Of a stretch of 64,000 nt of DNA, positions 1 to 11,668 are shown in pieces. The number at the start of each line of letters is the position of its first letter. The first letter of the stretch is position 1. The notes under the pieces are model-generated. The model made no database searches and was not told the origin of the DNA. It was given only the letters and a program-made list of their open reading frames with translations. The DNA lies in NCBI RefSeq assembly GCF_964355755.1, contig NC_092670.1:16974795-17038794 (forward strand), read 5' to 3'. Origin of the DNA: Antedon mediterranea (lineage: Eukaryota; Animalia; Echinodermata). Position numbers and translations under genes: made by a program.

Positions 1-824
1 GTTAGATCATTGCTTTGCTTGGTTGCCAGGGCATAAAAATGCGCATATACATTAAATTCTATTGCTTGAGAACGTCCTACCATTAGAGTGTTGGGTAGGC
101 TCTATAGTGACTATTTAATAGCATGTAATGTAAATGGGGGAATAACCTGCGACTCGCAGCTTACTGGGCTCAATTGCGCACAGGTGTGGACGACACATAC
201 CTAAGGGTCCCTTCATGTCGAGTGCTGCCACCAAACGGCGCCCGTTCGGTGGCCCTACCATAATACGGTACAGTCGATGTCGTCGGGGAGGCCACGACCA
301 ACCTAACTAAATACACTATGCAGACATTAACGCCCGTATTCTTAAACCGGACTTTAGTCGTAGTTCGAGCTAAAACTTTAAAAATGACGTCATTTTAATT
401 CATAAACCGAACTTCAACTAAATCGCCAACTAATTCAGGCCAACCTCGACTAAATCGAGACGGATTTTGATCGATTTTTTAATTCCTGGAGAGGGCAGGC
501 TAAATGGTCGACTAAATAGTTTTTAAACGATGTTTATGAAAAACGTAACAGTCATTGAGTTGTTATATTGGCCAGATATTGAAGAATGAAATATCTATTT
601 TTATATTAGCTTAAATTAAATATACATTGGTATAAGTTATAATAATGAAAATCATCTTTATTTACAACCGTATACAAATTACATTATTTTCTTCGCGCAA
701 GTCCGACTTGAACTACGTGATGCCATAGCGACAATGGCAGATGCGGAAATTCACCACGCAATGAAATGTTTAGGGGGCCTAGCGCTTTCTTGTCACGCTA
801 TGAAGTGCGTGGTTCGTAGCGATC

Positions 825-3120
825 ATTTTTATTTTTTATTTTTATTTTTTATTCAATTTTCAGGCACAAAAATACATGACAACAAGACAGCGGTGCAGCA
901 CCCTGATGATTGCCATGAGTGCAAAGCACTATCGAGATGGCTCTCCATATACTGCACTTGAACAATCAAAATACAAAATTAGTGTACAATGAATATTGAA
1001 AAGAATTGGTTCTGGCATATTTGTGTTTAAAAATAACTGATTCGGAATATCTTGGATTACAATCAACAAAATCATGAATATTAAAATCAATTCGACCATT
1101 CAAACATTTCATAATAAAAAGTATACTGAGAAAACACATTCTCCGGTCCATAGATGGTAAATTTAAATGTTCGAGCCGTTGCTCGTAATCGCCCTTAGCA
1201 CACAATTTTGTGATCCTTCGAAGAGGTTTATTTATGCTAGTAATATGTTGTTTTTGATGAGGCACCCAAACAGAGGCAGCATACTCAAGTATGGGCCTAT
1301 ATAAACCGTTAAAAAGCCTCATCAAAATTACAGGGTCGTTAAATATCACAAAACGCTTTATGAATCCGACAATTTGGAGAGATTTTGTGGTAATTGCGGA
1401 CACATGCGTTGACCAAGAGAGATTGCTTTCGAAGTGAATACCAAGATATTTGTGGGAGGTAACTACTTGAAGGTCATTAGTGTGAATATGATAACGAGCA
1501 TGAATGGGATTACGTTTGCGAGTAATATGGAGAACTTTGCATTTTTTAGCATTAAGTCTCATCATGTTATTTTGACACCATTCATCGATGTTATCTAGAT
1601 CTTTTTGAAGTAATATCGCATCATATTCACATCTAATTGGCCTAAACACCACCGTATCGTCGGCATATTGTCTAATTTGAGAGGTGATCGACATAGGGAG
1701 GTCAAAAACGAACGAGTTGAAAAGTAATGGGCCAAGTACCGACCCTTGAGGTACACCTGAAACAACAGGCGTACGGTCAGATATCAGTCCATTGAGGACA
1801 ATCTGTTGGCAACGATCAGTAAGAAAGGAGCCCATCCATTTCAAAATTGGACCACATAGACCAAAATTGTGGAGCTTACGTAATAGTTTAGGGTGACTCA
1901 CACGGTCAAATGCTTTTTCCCAATCAAGGAATATAGCATCGACGACTGGTGGGTTCGTACCATCTAATATTTTGGACCATTCGTGGTATATGGATGAAGC
2001 TTGTGTAACACAAGATCTTCCAGGACAGAACCCGTGCTGTACAGGACTAACGTTGGCCAATTTCCATTCCTTCACCACAATGCCTTGGTCAGGGGACATT
2101 TGAAAAATTTTAAGCAAAATTGGGGATATAACAGGTGCAGCCATACTCAACATCATAGGGGTAATGCCGTCTGGCCCAGGGGATTTATTAGTATCTAAAG
2201 ATAACAGGGCACGGAAAATTTGATCCCTATTGATGAAAATACTAGTTAAAGGTAAGACAATTTCACTGTGATTACAATAAGATGTTTCGTTTGTTACATT
2301 GAAATCATCATTATCTTCAGTAAAATTAGACTGAAAATATGTCGAAAATGCTTTAGTAGCATTTAAATCTGAATCTATGATATTGCCGTTTAAAGTATAC
2401 TTTCTTTCTGTTGCACATTTTCGTTTTTTTTAAACATATGACCAAAATCGTTTAGGATTAGATTTACAGCCTAAACTAAGATTATGGAGGTAATAATAAT
2501 GAGACTTTCTCGTAGTTTCACGCAATGCGTTACTAAATTTTCTGTATTTTTCCCACTTATACATGTTATTCAGATGTTTCTTTGCATCTCGATAAAGGCG
2601 TCTCTTTTTATGAGACATTTTAATAATTTCAGTTGTTATCCAGATTGATTTTCTGCGAGGTTTGCTTTTAGCTTTGGGTATGCAATCATCAATAGCGGCT
2701 AGAAAAAGGTCTTTAAAACAAGTCCAAGTGGAATCTACAAGGTCTAACATAGAATGTGATCCATTATTTGTATATCTGGTAGGAAAATTTACAAGTTGAA
2801 CAAGATTAAGAGATAACATTATATTTTCAAACTCAATGTTACAGTTCCAGTTCGAACCAAAGTCATAATTGAATTCACCAGCGATGATCACAGCAGTATA
2901 TTTGTGCATGATGGAGAGTATATTGTCTGAGAGTTCTTGAAAATTGGTTAACCATTCTCTTGATGGGGACCTAGAAAATATAAAAGTTACCGTACCGCCA
3001 TGGTTCCTAAATATATTTTGAAGATTTTGTTTGTTGTTAATCAAATATACTTCACTGTTAAATTAATACTGATCTTGTTCTAATAATTAATGATTAAAAT
3101 TATTTTTCATGTATATAGTC
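825..3120 (-). mobile_element. 5'-truncated CR1-group (CR1/L2) non-LTR retrotransposon
   Basis: ORF2 remnants followed by a 3' UTR and an A-rich (AAAAAT)n tail at about 825-850. The same 3' UTR recurs at 31.7 kb. Confidence 0.9.
966..3044 (-). pseudogene. LINE ORF2 (APE endonuclease + reverse transcriptase) pseudogene
   Basis: The 2430-3044 and 966-2156 ORFs are in the same frame, separated by a single TAA at 2432-2430. Motifs: IIAGEFN, PTRY..LDLV (endonuclease), PKRFWSYV, KSPGPDGI, QHGF, FLDWEKAFDRV, GVPQGSVLGPLLF, YADDT, KYLG. Internal segments are missing. Confidence 0.93.
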
Positions 3121-3323
3121 CTGATGCGTAAAATGTGTCTGTGAACGTAGTTCAAAATGGAAAGTGATATCAATGCGCAAAATTTTGTCTGCTCCTCAAA
3201 TACTCTCTTGTCATTAGCCAATGTATAGCCTTTGTTACCCAGACGTGTGCAACTCGACTAAAAGCTCGACTTCATTAAGTCGAACTGCAAACTTCGACTA
3301 CTTCGTTTTAAATCGAATTTGAA

Positions 3324-4176
3324 GTATAAGTCGCAACTGTGTATAAGACGCACCCCCTAACTGAGAGTAAAATATCGGTATTTTTTATATCGTCGATGTA
3401 TAAGACGCACTTTATATTTCATCAAAACAATGTTTTTTTAAATTGTAATCAATATTATTGTAATAGTATATTTTGTTATATCTACAACGGCGTCCTTTAT
3501 TTAGGTTTTTTCCTACGCAGGCTCGGCCGCGCCCAGCCTCAACAAATTCTTTCTAACTTGTTATTCATAAGTTTCGCACCCGCAACATCGAGTGCATGAC
3601 CGTGTGTGTAACACGCACGTGTGTGTGGGCTAGCCTCGCTCGATTATTATGAGAGGGCGCACGTTTTCACGGACAATCGTATTCAATTAGTATCTATGTA
3701 TTCGAGAAGTGTGTATGCTAGGTCCATGCTATAATCAACTGGAGAATATACTAGTCGAATACCGTACACCATGTGGCCGCCAAGAAGGGCTCGCACTGGG
3801 GGTACGGCGGTCGGCGATCGTGCGTATAACTATAAATAAATACTAGGCCTATTCCAATCGTAAACGTTTACAAATGAAATTTTATCGGAGCGCCTAAAAC
3901 AGCTCCATAATGAACAAATCTTTTCATCATATTTAGTATAACATCACGCTAAAATGCCTTGAAAACTAGGCAGAAGCAGGTTGCCGTTACATTAGTACAC
4001 TGTCTGTAGCTAGCTAGCCTCTAGGCCTGGCCCTAACCTACTCAGGCCTAGGCGACGAGGTGACGATATGTACAATCTGTGTGGTGAGGCATTTATGTTT
4101 GGTGTATAAGACGCACCCTTAATTTAGAGGTCAAATTTGCGTGTCAAAAGTGCGACTTATACACCGAAATATACGG
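3324..4176. mobile_element. Tc1/mariner-pogo-type non-autonomous element nested in the Harbinger-type element
   Basis: Right end GTGCGACTTATACACCGAAATATACGG followed by TA; left end GTATAAGTCGCA with the outer part of the TIR missing; repeated GTATAAGACGCAC subterminal motifs. Confidence 0.7.
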
Positions 4177-4810
4177 TAATAGCTCGAACTACGACTTTTT
4201 CAAGTCGAACTTTGAACTACGACTAAAGTCCGGTTTAAGAATACGGGCGTAATATTTATAACAAGATTACACCTTTTTCTTACATCTAAATGAAAATTTT
4301 GTTTTTTGGAGCTCTCTGCACATGTTTATGTCAAACCACTACACAGTTAGTGTCACATTGTAGCATCACTAACAACAGACATTCATTTAAAGATATAAAA
4401 GGGGAGCAAAATGTTTTTTTAAAATTAGGAAACAGTATTTTTTGCTATCCTCAGATCATCATCAGATTAGCGCCAGCGTGATCACGCTCCTTTTAAATGA
4501 AGGCCTATAATGATATGAAAATTGAGCAGTTGAATTTATAGGAACAATGGTATTTTAAATAATTTATTAATCTGTCCATACCTTTAGAAACATTTATGTC
4601 CCTTTAAACATTTATGAAGATCAGGTGACTGCGGTTTTATTTCCATTTCCTCTTTCTTTCCTCTTCCTCTCATACCTATCCACTCGCAGCCAATCAAAAC
4701 AAGTTATTTTATATTATCATATTTTGCTGGTATCATAATAATTTTAATACAATAAATAAATAAATAAACATTTTATATTGGAATTGCTGTTTAGTAGTTT
4801 TGGTTTTATA

Positions 4811-4942
4811 ATCAAACTATTTTCACAAAAAAATAAAAAAAGTGTGAAGTGCCCAAATATGGTAGTGATATGCCCAAATATGGTAGTGATATGACATCAT
4901 CATTTTTTTGTCACATAAAGTTTTATAGTGTAGACAGAGCTT
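4811..4942. mobile_element. Short MITE, AGCTCTGTCTACACT family (left end missing)
   Basis: TGCCCAAATATGGTAGTGATA internal repeats and end ATAGTGTAGACAGAGCTT; matches copies at 30.6, 42.1, 49.2, 58.3 and 63.0 kb. Confidence 0.8.
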
Positions 4943-7696
4943 TATGTTATTAATAAATTACTGAAATTCATGAGTCTAAATTAGAAAATAGAAATATCCT
5001 TAGGTTTATATTATAAATCCTGTGGGTAGTTTAATATGTGGGAAAGTTAATAAACAGATAATTAAAGGAAATTCATTAAAAATAATTAAAAAAATGATCG
5101 TTATCAACACATTATTGTGGTAATATTTGATTGTTTAAAATATTTTAAATTGTGGGAAACTGTTTTATGTAAAAATACATACAAAATAACTATCTTTTTA
5201 TTGATTATTATCAAGATTTAAACACCGATTTAATTGATTAGAATCTTGTGAGTTTACAAAGACAAAATTTTTTCCCATGTACCTGTGTGTTATAAGATAA
5301 GATTGAAATCATCCCTATTTGTTGTCCGATTTGTTACCAACAGAGTTTATATTGTCCATTAAGTATTATGAAGTCAGCGGTGCCTTTGAAATCAGAACCA
5401 AACCTGGTAGAAACAACTTAAGCGGTAAAACTTAAAAGCATGCATTTAGCTTTTCAGTTTGTTAACAATAAAACGTACGTTGATCAGGCTTGTATATGTA
5501 TAGATACTCTTATTTGTATTCAGGTGACTTTTGTATTGATAATTGAGCCGGTTCCTTTATTCTTCATTGTTCCACCAATGTCGGTATAGTTTGTATTTAA
5601 CTGGTGCAAGTACCAATGCTAAAAATGCTTTAAAAAAAAGAATGAAAAATTGCTTGTACTGATCCTTTCAATACCACCGATAGATTTGAATTTCCAGTTA
5701 GCATGTTGACTTAAAACAACCTAAACTTTGGAAGAATTTATTCCAGGCAATAAAGTGTATACATTTCATATTTGGTCATAATACTATGTACATGTGTTTT
5801 AGATTAGGACATTCTCTTTAAAATTACAGGAATTCATTGTAATATTTATTAATATTATATTATATTATATATTTTTACATATATCACTATATATAAATTA
5901 TACTTGATGATACTATAGTTAATAGTAGACCACTATTTCGAGTGAATTAAATTTTTCCTTATTCTGTGAGTTTTTTATTTTTTTGTTGCTATCCTATCTG
6001 TTTACATCCTCTCAAATACAATTTTTTTAATTGTATGTGTATAACCTTTTAAAGGAATGATTTTAGGAAGTACTTTGATGGGAAATTTTCCACCTTACTA
6101 ATTGTATTACCATAGTATTACCTGGTCTGGGAAATTTGCCAACATTTATACTGCACCAGGTGTGTTTGGACATGTTTAGAGGGCGGGCTACTTCCAGTTT
6201 TGGTTAAGAAAGAGCTACGGTAGTTCAAACACAGTTGGTAAATGCTGCCGGTAAATTTTATTCACTGATCATGTGCATCTTTCCTTTTAAGAAAAAAAAA
6301 ATTTTGCTACAGGTTAGGTTACAGGGTTTGGGTCAAGCAAGAGATTGAAAGTGCTTTCATGTTCATCCTGGTTAATATAACTGTACATGCTTAGCACCAC
6401 CAATATTCAATGAAGCGTGATATTCTGCAAAATTGTATCAATTTCAAATCGTTCTATGATGCATGACTTGGAGATCATTTATCTGCTAATTCTTGTTAAA
6501 ACTTGAGCCATCGTTTTGTTAAACTGCGAATAGAATAATTTCACTTACAAAAGTTTGTAACAAAATATTCTCACGCAATCAAAGTTGAATAAAATTTCAA
6601 CATCGTCTGAATCGGCTAATTAATTGGCTGCTTCCACACCCTTCTTGGTTTTCTTTAGAAAGCCAAGGACAACGAAAATTGTTACTTGTATTGTAAGATA
6701 ATTTGACAAAGGCATTAGGTCTTGTTTCTTATTTTAGTCATAATAATAAAATCATTTTTAATGAGCCATATATCTAATCAATGATTGCTCATATGCGCAG
6801 TACATACATGTATAAAACCAGAATAAGAACTTTGGAAAGCAAGTTAAAATACCATAAAGATTTACGACCATATTAAAACTAGTGATACTACAGTAATTAA
6901 AACTGTTTAAAAAATGTTAAAAATATTTTTAAAGGTAAAAATGTATGTTAAAAATTTCATAACAAGACAAAGGTAAGAAAGAGAATGGGTAGTCCCGGTT
7001 TAGATGACGGTTTCAGCTTAACATTCAAAAAAAAAGGGGAAAAAACAAAAATCAAAACAGGAGCTGGTTGCACTCGTAATAGGTTGAACAATAATAATGT
7101 GAAAAGAAACAACTAAATACTTTGTGAGAAAGAGGTATGTGCATAATGGTGCATTCTAATGGTTTCAGTCTTTCCGGTATAGGCTAACGGTATATACATT
7201 TTCATATTGTCATTTTTAAAAGAAAATATTGTAAATTAAGATTTTCTCAACAAAGAAATCTCATATATCTTAATGAGTTACAATATTTTCTCTTTTTTAC
7301 CAACTGGTTAACCAGAATTCCCTTGTCGGCCGATGGAAAAAGTAAGGAGGTGAACCATGTGTGTAGATGTGATCAAGTGTCTCCTGACAGTCTCCACCAT
7401 AAAACATGGAATCATGTTAGTTATGTAGTTTCTGCCACATTTTCAAACAATGAATTATGAGTAACAATTATGTGAACCATTTTAGTGTTGAAAGTTCACA
7501 AACTAGGTGAAATGTTCTAACATAAAATTTGCATATCAAATTTGAATATTTGTATTTGCATGGCCTATGTTGTTCTTTGTGAAAACCGCCATTCAATAAT
7601 ATTGACACATTTTTGACACACACATGTTAGTTTGCATTAACCAAATTGATTTAGGAAATGTTAATTAATAATTTGTATATAGCCGGGTATAATCCT

Positions 7697-7985
7697 GTTG
7701 TTTGTTATTATTTATACCAGAGGGCACAGTTATGATCACTGGCTGTGATGTACTAGATTCATTCTACCACCAGAAGGGGCAACTGAATCTTTGAGTTATA
7801 GTAATTGTTTTGCTTTAGTTGCCCAGTTGTTCTCTGTTTCTTTTCTGTTCTGTATCTGTGTTTTGGTTGAATAAATAAATGAAATGAAAATGAGAACCAT
7901 GGAGCAAGTGAGCCTCGAACCCTTTCTGATGTTATGGCTACGTAATTACGTTTCGACTGTTTTACCTGCTGACTTCTGTGGGCCA
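7697..7985 (-). mobile_element. Degenerate, rearranged copy of the Deu/Nin-type SINE
   Basis: Blocks CCAGAGGGCA, GATCACTGGCTGTGATGTACTA, TTCTACCACCAGAA and GAACCATGGAG..GAGCCTCGAACCC match the 25.9-kb copy, with an internal deletion and an insertion of about 110 bp. Confidence 0.65.
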
Positions 7986-9710
7986 TGGGTATGAAATAAG
8001 TGGAAAATGAGCATTAGGATTAGACTCCGATTTCATTCATATTGGATTTACCATATTTGTTGTGTCCGACATTTAGCCTTAATTAGGGGTTGGGGTTATT
8101 CTCGAGCATGGGAATTTACATAATATAATAATATTTTTGGAAACACTTCTGTTATGAAGATGTTCCAGTATAAAAATGATTAAGAAACGTAATTGAATTA
8201 AGACTATTAGTCCTACAGTTTGTTGTGAAACCAACTTTTCACCACTAATGTGCGGTTACCTAGATACCATCATGTATTTGCAAGTATACATGTATTTAGT
8301 TACAGACTTAACTGTGATTTGCAGAAAGATGTTATTGATGCTTATTCTAACATGTTGACTAAGCACGTAATTCTGACCATCAACGTTGGTTGGTTACGTT
8401 AAACATTGTTCCTTCTTTGAATAAAAAACAAACAGCTAGAAGTGTGTTGTCTATGTACAATTTTGCAGTCCTCGCAATTAAATTGTATTCATCAATTTAT
8501 AATAAAATGCAATATACAAGGAATCAATGTTCTAACATAGAGCCGCCATTATTCTAATGTACTTACATAAAATGATATAATGCTTTAACTCGTATTGTAT
8601 TTTATATCCATTAGAAATGCCTTTATATTGTGTCATTCTTGCAATGCTTCGTTTCATCCAACTATCAATTTCTTTCTTTATTCAGACACATAATTTAGGG
8701 AAAAGGTCTTGCAAATAAAGTGTTACAATAATTCATTACATTATGTAAAATTATAACAAAGAAGCTATATACTCCAAACATACAGTAGATATCCGTATTC
8801 ATATTGTTTAGTTACTTGTTTTTTGCTAAATGCCATATCAATCCCATGTCATACTCGTAAATAAAAACATTTAAGTTTTGAATTTACTAATTGAAGCAGT
8901 TGGCAGGGGTCAATTATGGTCATATTGCACTGCTTAGTGTAATAAACCATTTTTACATTATTTTGTTTCTGGTCCTGACCGGATACTTTTATACTATATA
9001 GGTAGGTACAAATCTAATGGTATGAATAATAACTACTTGTTTGTTAACAAGCTGATTTGAAAAGGAGTAATAGTGAAGGAAACAATCCTCACGAAATATC
9101 TTAAGGAGGGAGAGGAAGAGTTGGAAGGAGAGAGGTGTGTTTTTATTTTAACAGAAGAAATAGTGCCGTAGTTGGTAGCACCGACATAACTTCAGGGGAG
9201 AAGCCTGTAATTGAAAAGTATTATCTAAGTACACAGCGCATTGAGACATTGTTTGTGGAATGAGCTATATAAATAATATATTGACATTAGCAGCATTAAT
9301 TCCACTGTTATTCACCCCATCATATGGACTGGAAGAATAAGGATAACATCTAATCTAGATAAAAACTTTCAAATGACAATATTATAAAAAAAAAAGAGGA
9401 TGGATCAGTAGGATAGAGAAATTATTTTTTTTTCCCTCTTTCTCAAATGTTTGAATACTAAACTAAATACATCGCCGCGTTACGTTGCGTTCTAGTGGGA
9501 ACCACTCTTACAGCACATTTGGCTCCACTTTGATGCAATTTATGATCAAAATGTATCATAACTTTGATTTAATGGTTGCAGGTTGTGGCAGGTAGAGTTT
9601 GCTACAGGATCAAATATCTATTTAATTTGGCATGGTTCCCACAGTCATTTGGGAATTTTCAATTCCAGCCCTTTGCTACATCACCTGGTTACTGGTATAG
9701 CATGTACAGT

Positions 9711-9925
9711 CTTCTCGGATAAGGACTATAAACCGTAGGTCCAGTGTACACAACTAGCTCGTGTGCACTTTAAAGAACCTAGTACATCTTTCGAGACGAG
9801 TAGGGGGTTACCCCGGTGTATTAGTACATCACAGCCACTGATCACCAACTGGGCCCTCTGGGAGATCAGTCTTTGACTGAAGAGGTCACCCAGTATAAAA
9901 ATGAACAAACAAACAAACAAACAAA
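9711..9925 (+). mobile_element. SINE with Deu/Nin-like central domain, 5'-truncated, (AAAC)n tail
   Basis: Near-identical to the reverse complement of 25885-26083. The central part GGATAAGGACTATAAACCGTAGGTCC..TTAAAGAACC..TTCGAGACGAGTAGGGGGTTACCCCGGTGT resembles the DeuSINE/Nin domain as I recall it. Confidence 0.8.
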
Positions 9926-11174
9926 TCTATATCCGGCGTAATACTGTATAACTATATCATTTGTACCAGTGGCAGGTTCTGCTTTTGGGAAAAAAGTAGC
10001 GTACATTCAATACTGATTTCAGTTAAGTTTTCTAGAAAAATCAACACAGAGTATCTTCATTTAAAACTAATTACATTAATTGTCAAAAGAACTCTTCCCT
10101 ATCGTCTGGGTGTAAACATTAAAGAAAGCTTGTGTCATACCTTTAGTATATGGACTTAAGAAACGCACTTTGCCCCTATTTCTCAATTCACAAATATATC
10201 AGTCTTGATTTAATATTCTGTGTATGTATATTTATTATTAAACCAGGTGAAATATAGCATCAATTCCCCAGTGTAGAAAAAGTAAATCTATAGTCATTCA
10301 AAACACATTGTTAATGTATATTACATATATTCATTGAGTAAACATCAAAATTTAAATTGTTCCATATTGAAAACAAACACATGTTTTAATTTGTTGAACA
10401 ATGGTACTTCTAAAACAGTTTATAACCTCCATAAATAATGTTGTTTTTATTGTTTAAACCATAAATTACATTTTATAATTGCTTTAGACAAAAGGACTGT
10501 CAAAAATCATGTCAGTCATTTGTGTTTTTTTAATCTACTGTAGTACTTTTCCAACAGACTGGTTGTAAATTTTCTTGGTTTTTCTCTGTATGTGTTTTTC
10601 AAAACCAATCTTTTGTGGCCTAAAGAAACAACAAAACATTTTTTTTTTCATTTGTACTGTTAATATAACAGACATTACCGATTATAATCACAGGCAATTT
10701 CGTTTTTGAAATAATGTTTGTTGTATTTTCTCACAAAATTCAAATCCTTATACCTGCACCACCAGTACCAATATTGTTAATAATGCATAGACGAATCGAA
10801 AATGGAAAAGATAGGATAGGTTCAGTTCAGCACTTCTTTTTTACAATTTTTTGGCCTTCCTCCTCCCCACCCCTATTTCAAATCCCTGGAACCGCCACTG
10901 TAATGTACAGTTTCCAACTACAACATGATCATTGATCGCTTACCATGATAACTTTATGAACTTATCATGCTGCATGGATACAAGGCAGTTCTGTTGTAGG
11001 ACAGACCAAATTATTCCATTAGAGTTTGATTTATATTCACATTATGACACAGCAAATAATACCTTTTTGATAATCATATTATAAATATTAAAAATATTGT
11101 GGATTTAGTAAGTTTATGATGACAAAGGGTGACTTCCGATCCAACAGATTATAGTCTAGATCTTTCTATATCCA

Positions 11175-11376
11175 GGGTCTTATAAATGATGATATAATTG
11201 ATTTTTAAAAAAATCTTGGACTGTATATATAACAATCTCTGTACAGTAGTAAATATCTGAGGACAAAGACGAGGTCTTATAATTAATGTTATAAGTGATT
11301 TAAAACAAAAAAATCTTGGATAACTGTATATATATAACAACCTCTGTACAGTAATAAATATCAGAGGACAAAGACA
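11175..11376. repeat. Diverged tandem duplication of about 100 bp
   Basis: Two copies of GGTCTTATAA...AAATCTTGGA..CTGTATATATAACAA.CTCTGTACAGTA.TAAATATC.GAGGACAAAGAC. Confidence 0.8.
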
Positions 11377-11429
11377 TTTTGGAATATATTTTGTTTAGCA
11401 AATCAAACTTAATTCCGAGTCTAGGGCAG

Positions 11430-11668
11430 GCAAAAATTAACTGATAAAAACTAACCGATAAACTGTCTGTGGAAACAGGGTTTAACCGATTCGACTCGTG
11501 AAAAAAATTAAAAAACTGCTAATTATCTCATTCAAATCATATAATTATCGGATAATTACAATAATTTTGATTAAGCATCTTGTTGTTTGGTAATATACTG
11601 CACACTTGGTTTAAAAAATTAACTGATTAACTGAACTGAATTTTGTATTGGCTGCAGAAACACAGGCT
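11430..11668. mobile_element. Decayed right end of a TAACCGATTA-type Harbinger element
   Basis: Several AACCGAT/AACTGATTA motifs ending in GCTGCAGAAACACAGG, similar to the TIR of the 18.8-20.3 kb element. Confidence 0.5.

Larger units (their letters stand above)
331..4249. mobile_element. Non-autonomous PIF/Harbinger-type DNA transposon hosting nested insertions
   Basis: Perfect TIR of about 35 bp (CGCCCGTATTCTTAAACCGGACTTTAGTCGTAGTTC at 331, reverse complement ending at 4249), TAA target duplication (328-330 and 4250-4252), many subterminal TCGACT/AGTCGA repeats. Confidence 0.85.

Noticed and set aside
195-260. HDV-like ribozyme in the structured block at the window start
   Set aside because: A TTCATGTC loop-like segment and a P4-like hairpin exist, but I could not build the P1/P2/P3 nested pseudoknot or the catalytic C in J4/2.
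901-945. Hammerhead at CTGATGA in the LINE 3' UTR (also CTGATGA-type hits near 24041, 30455, 33749 and 56289)
   Set aside because: No stem II followed by GAAA and no closing stem I.
9726-9920. Near-identical short ORFs at 9726-9920 and 25824-26066 as a duplicated small gene
   Set aside because: Both are antisense readings of SINE copies.
9967-10900. One hAT element bounded by CAGTGGCAGGTTC and GAACCGCCACTG
   Set aside because: The termini are plausible but the flanks match at only 5 of 8 positions and the interior looks like ordinary AT-rich DNA; these may be unrelated relics.
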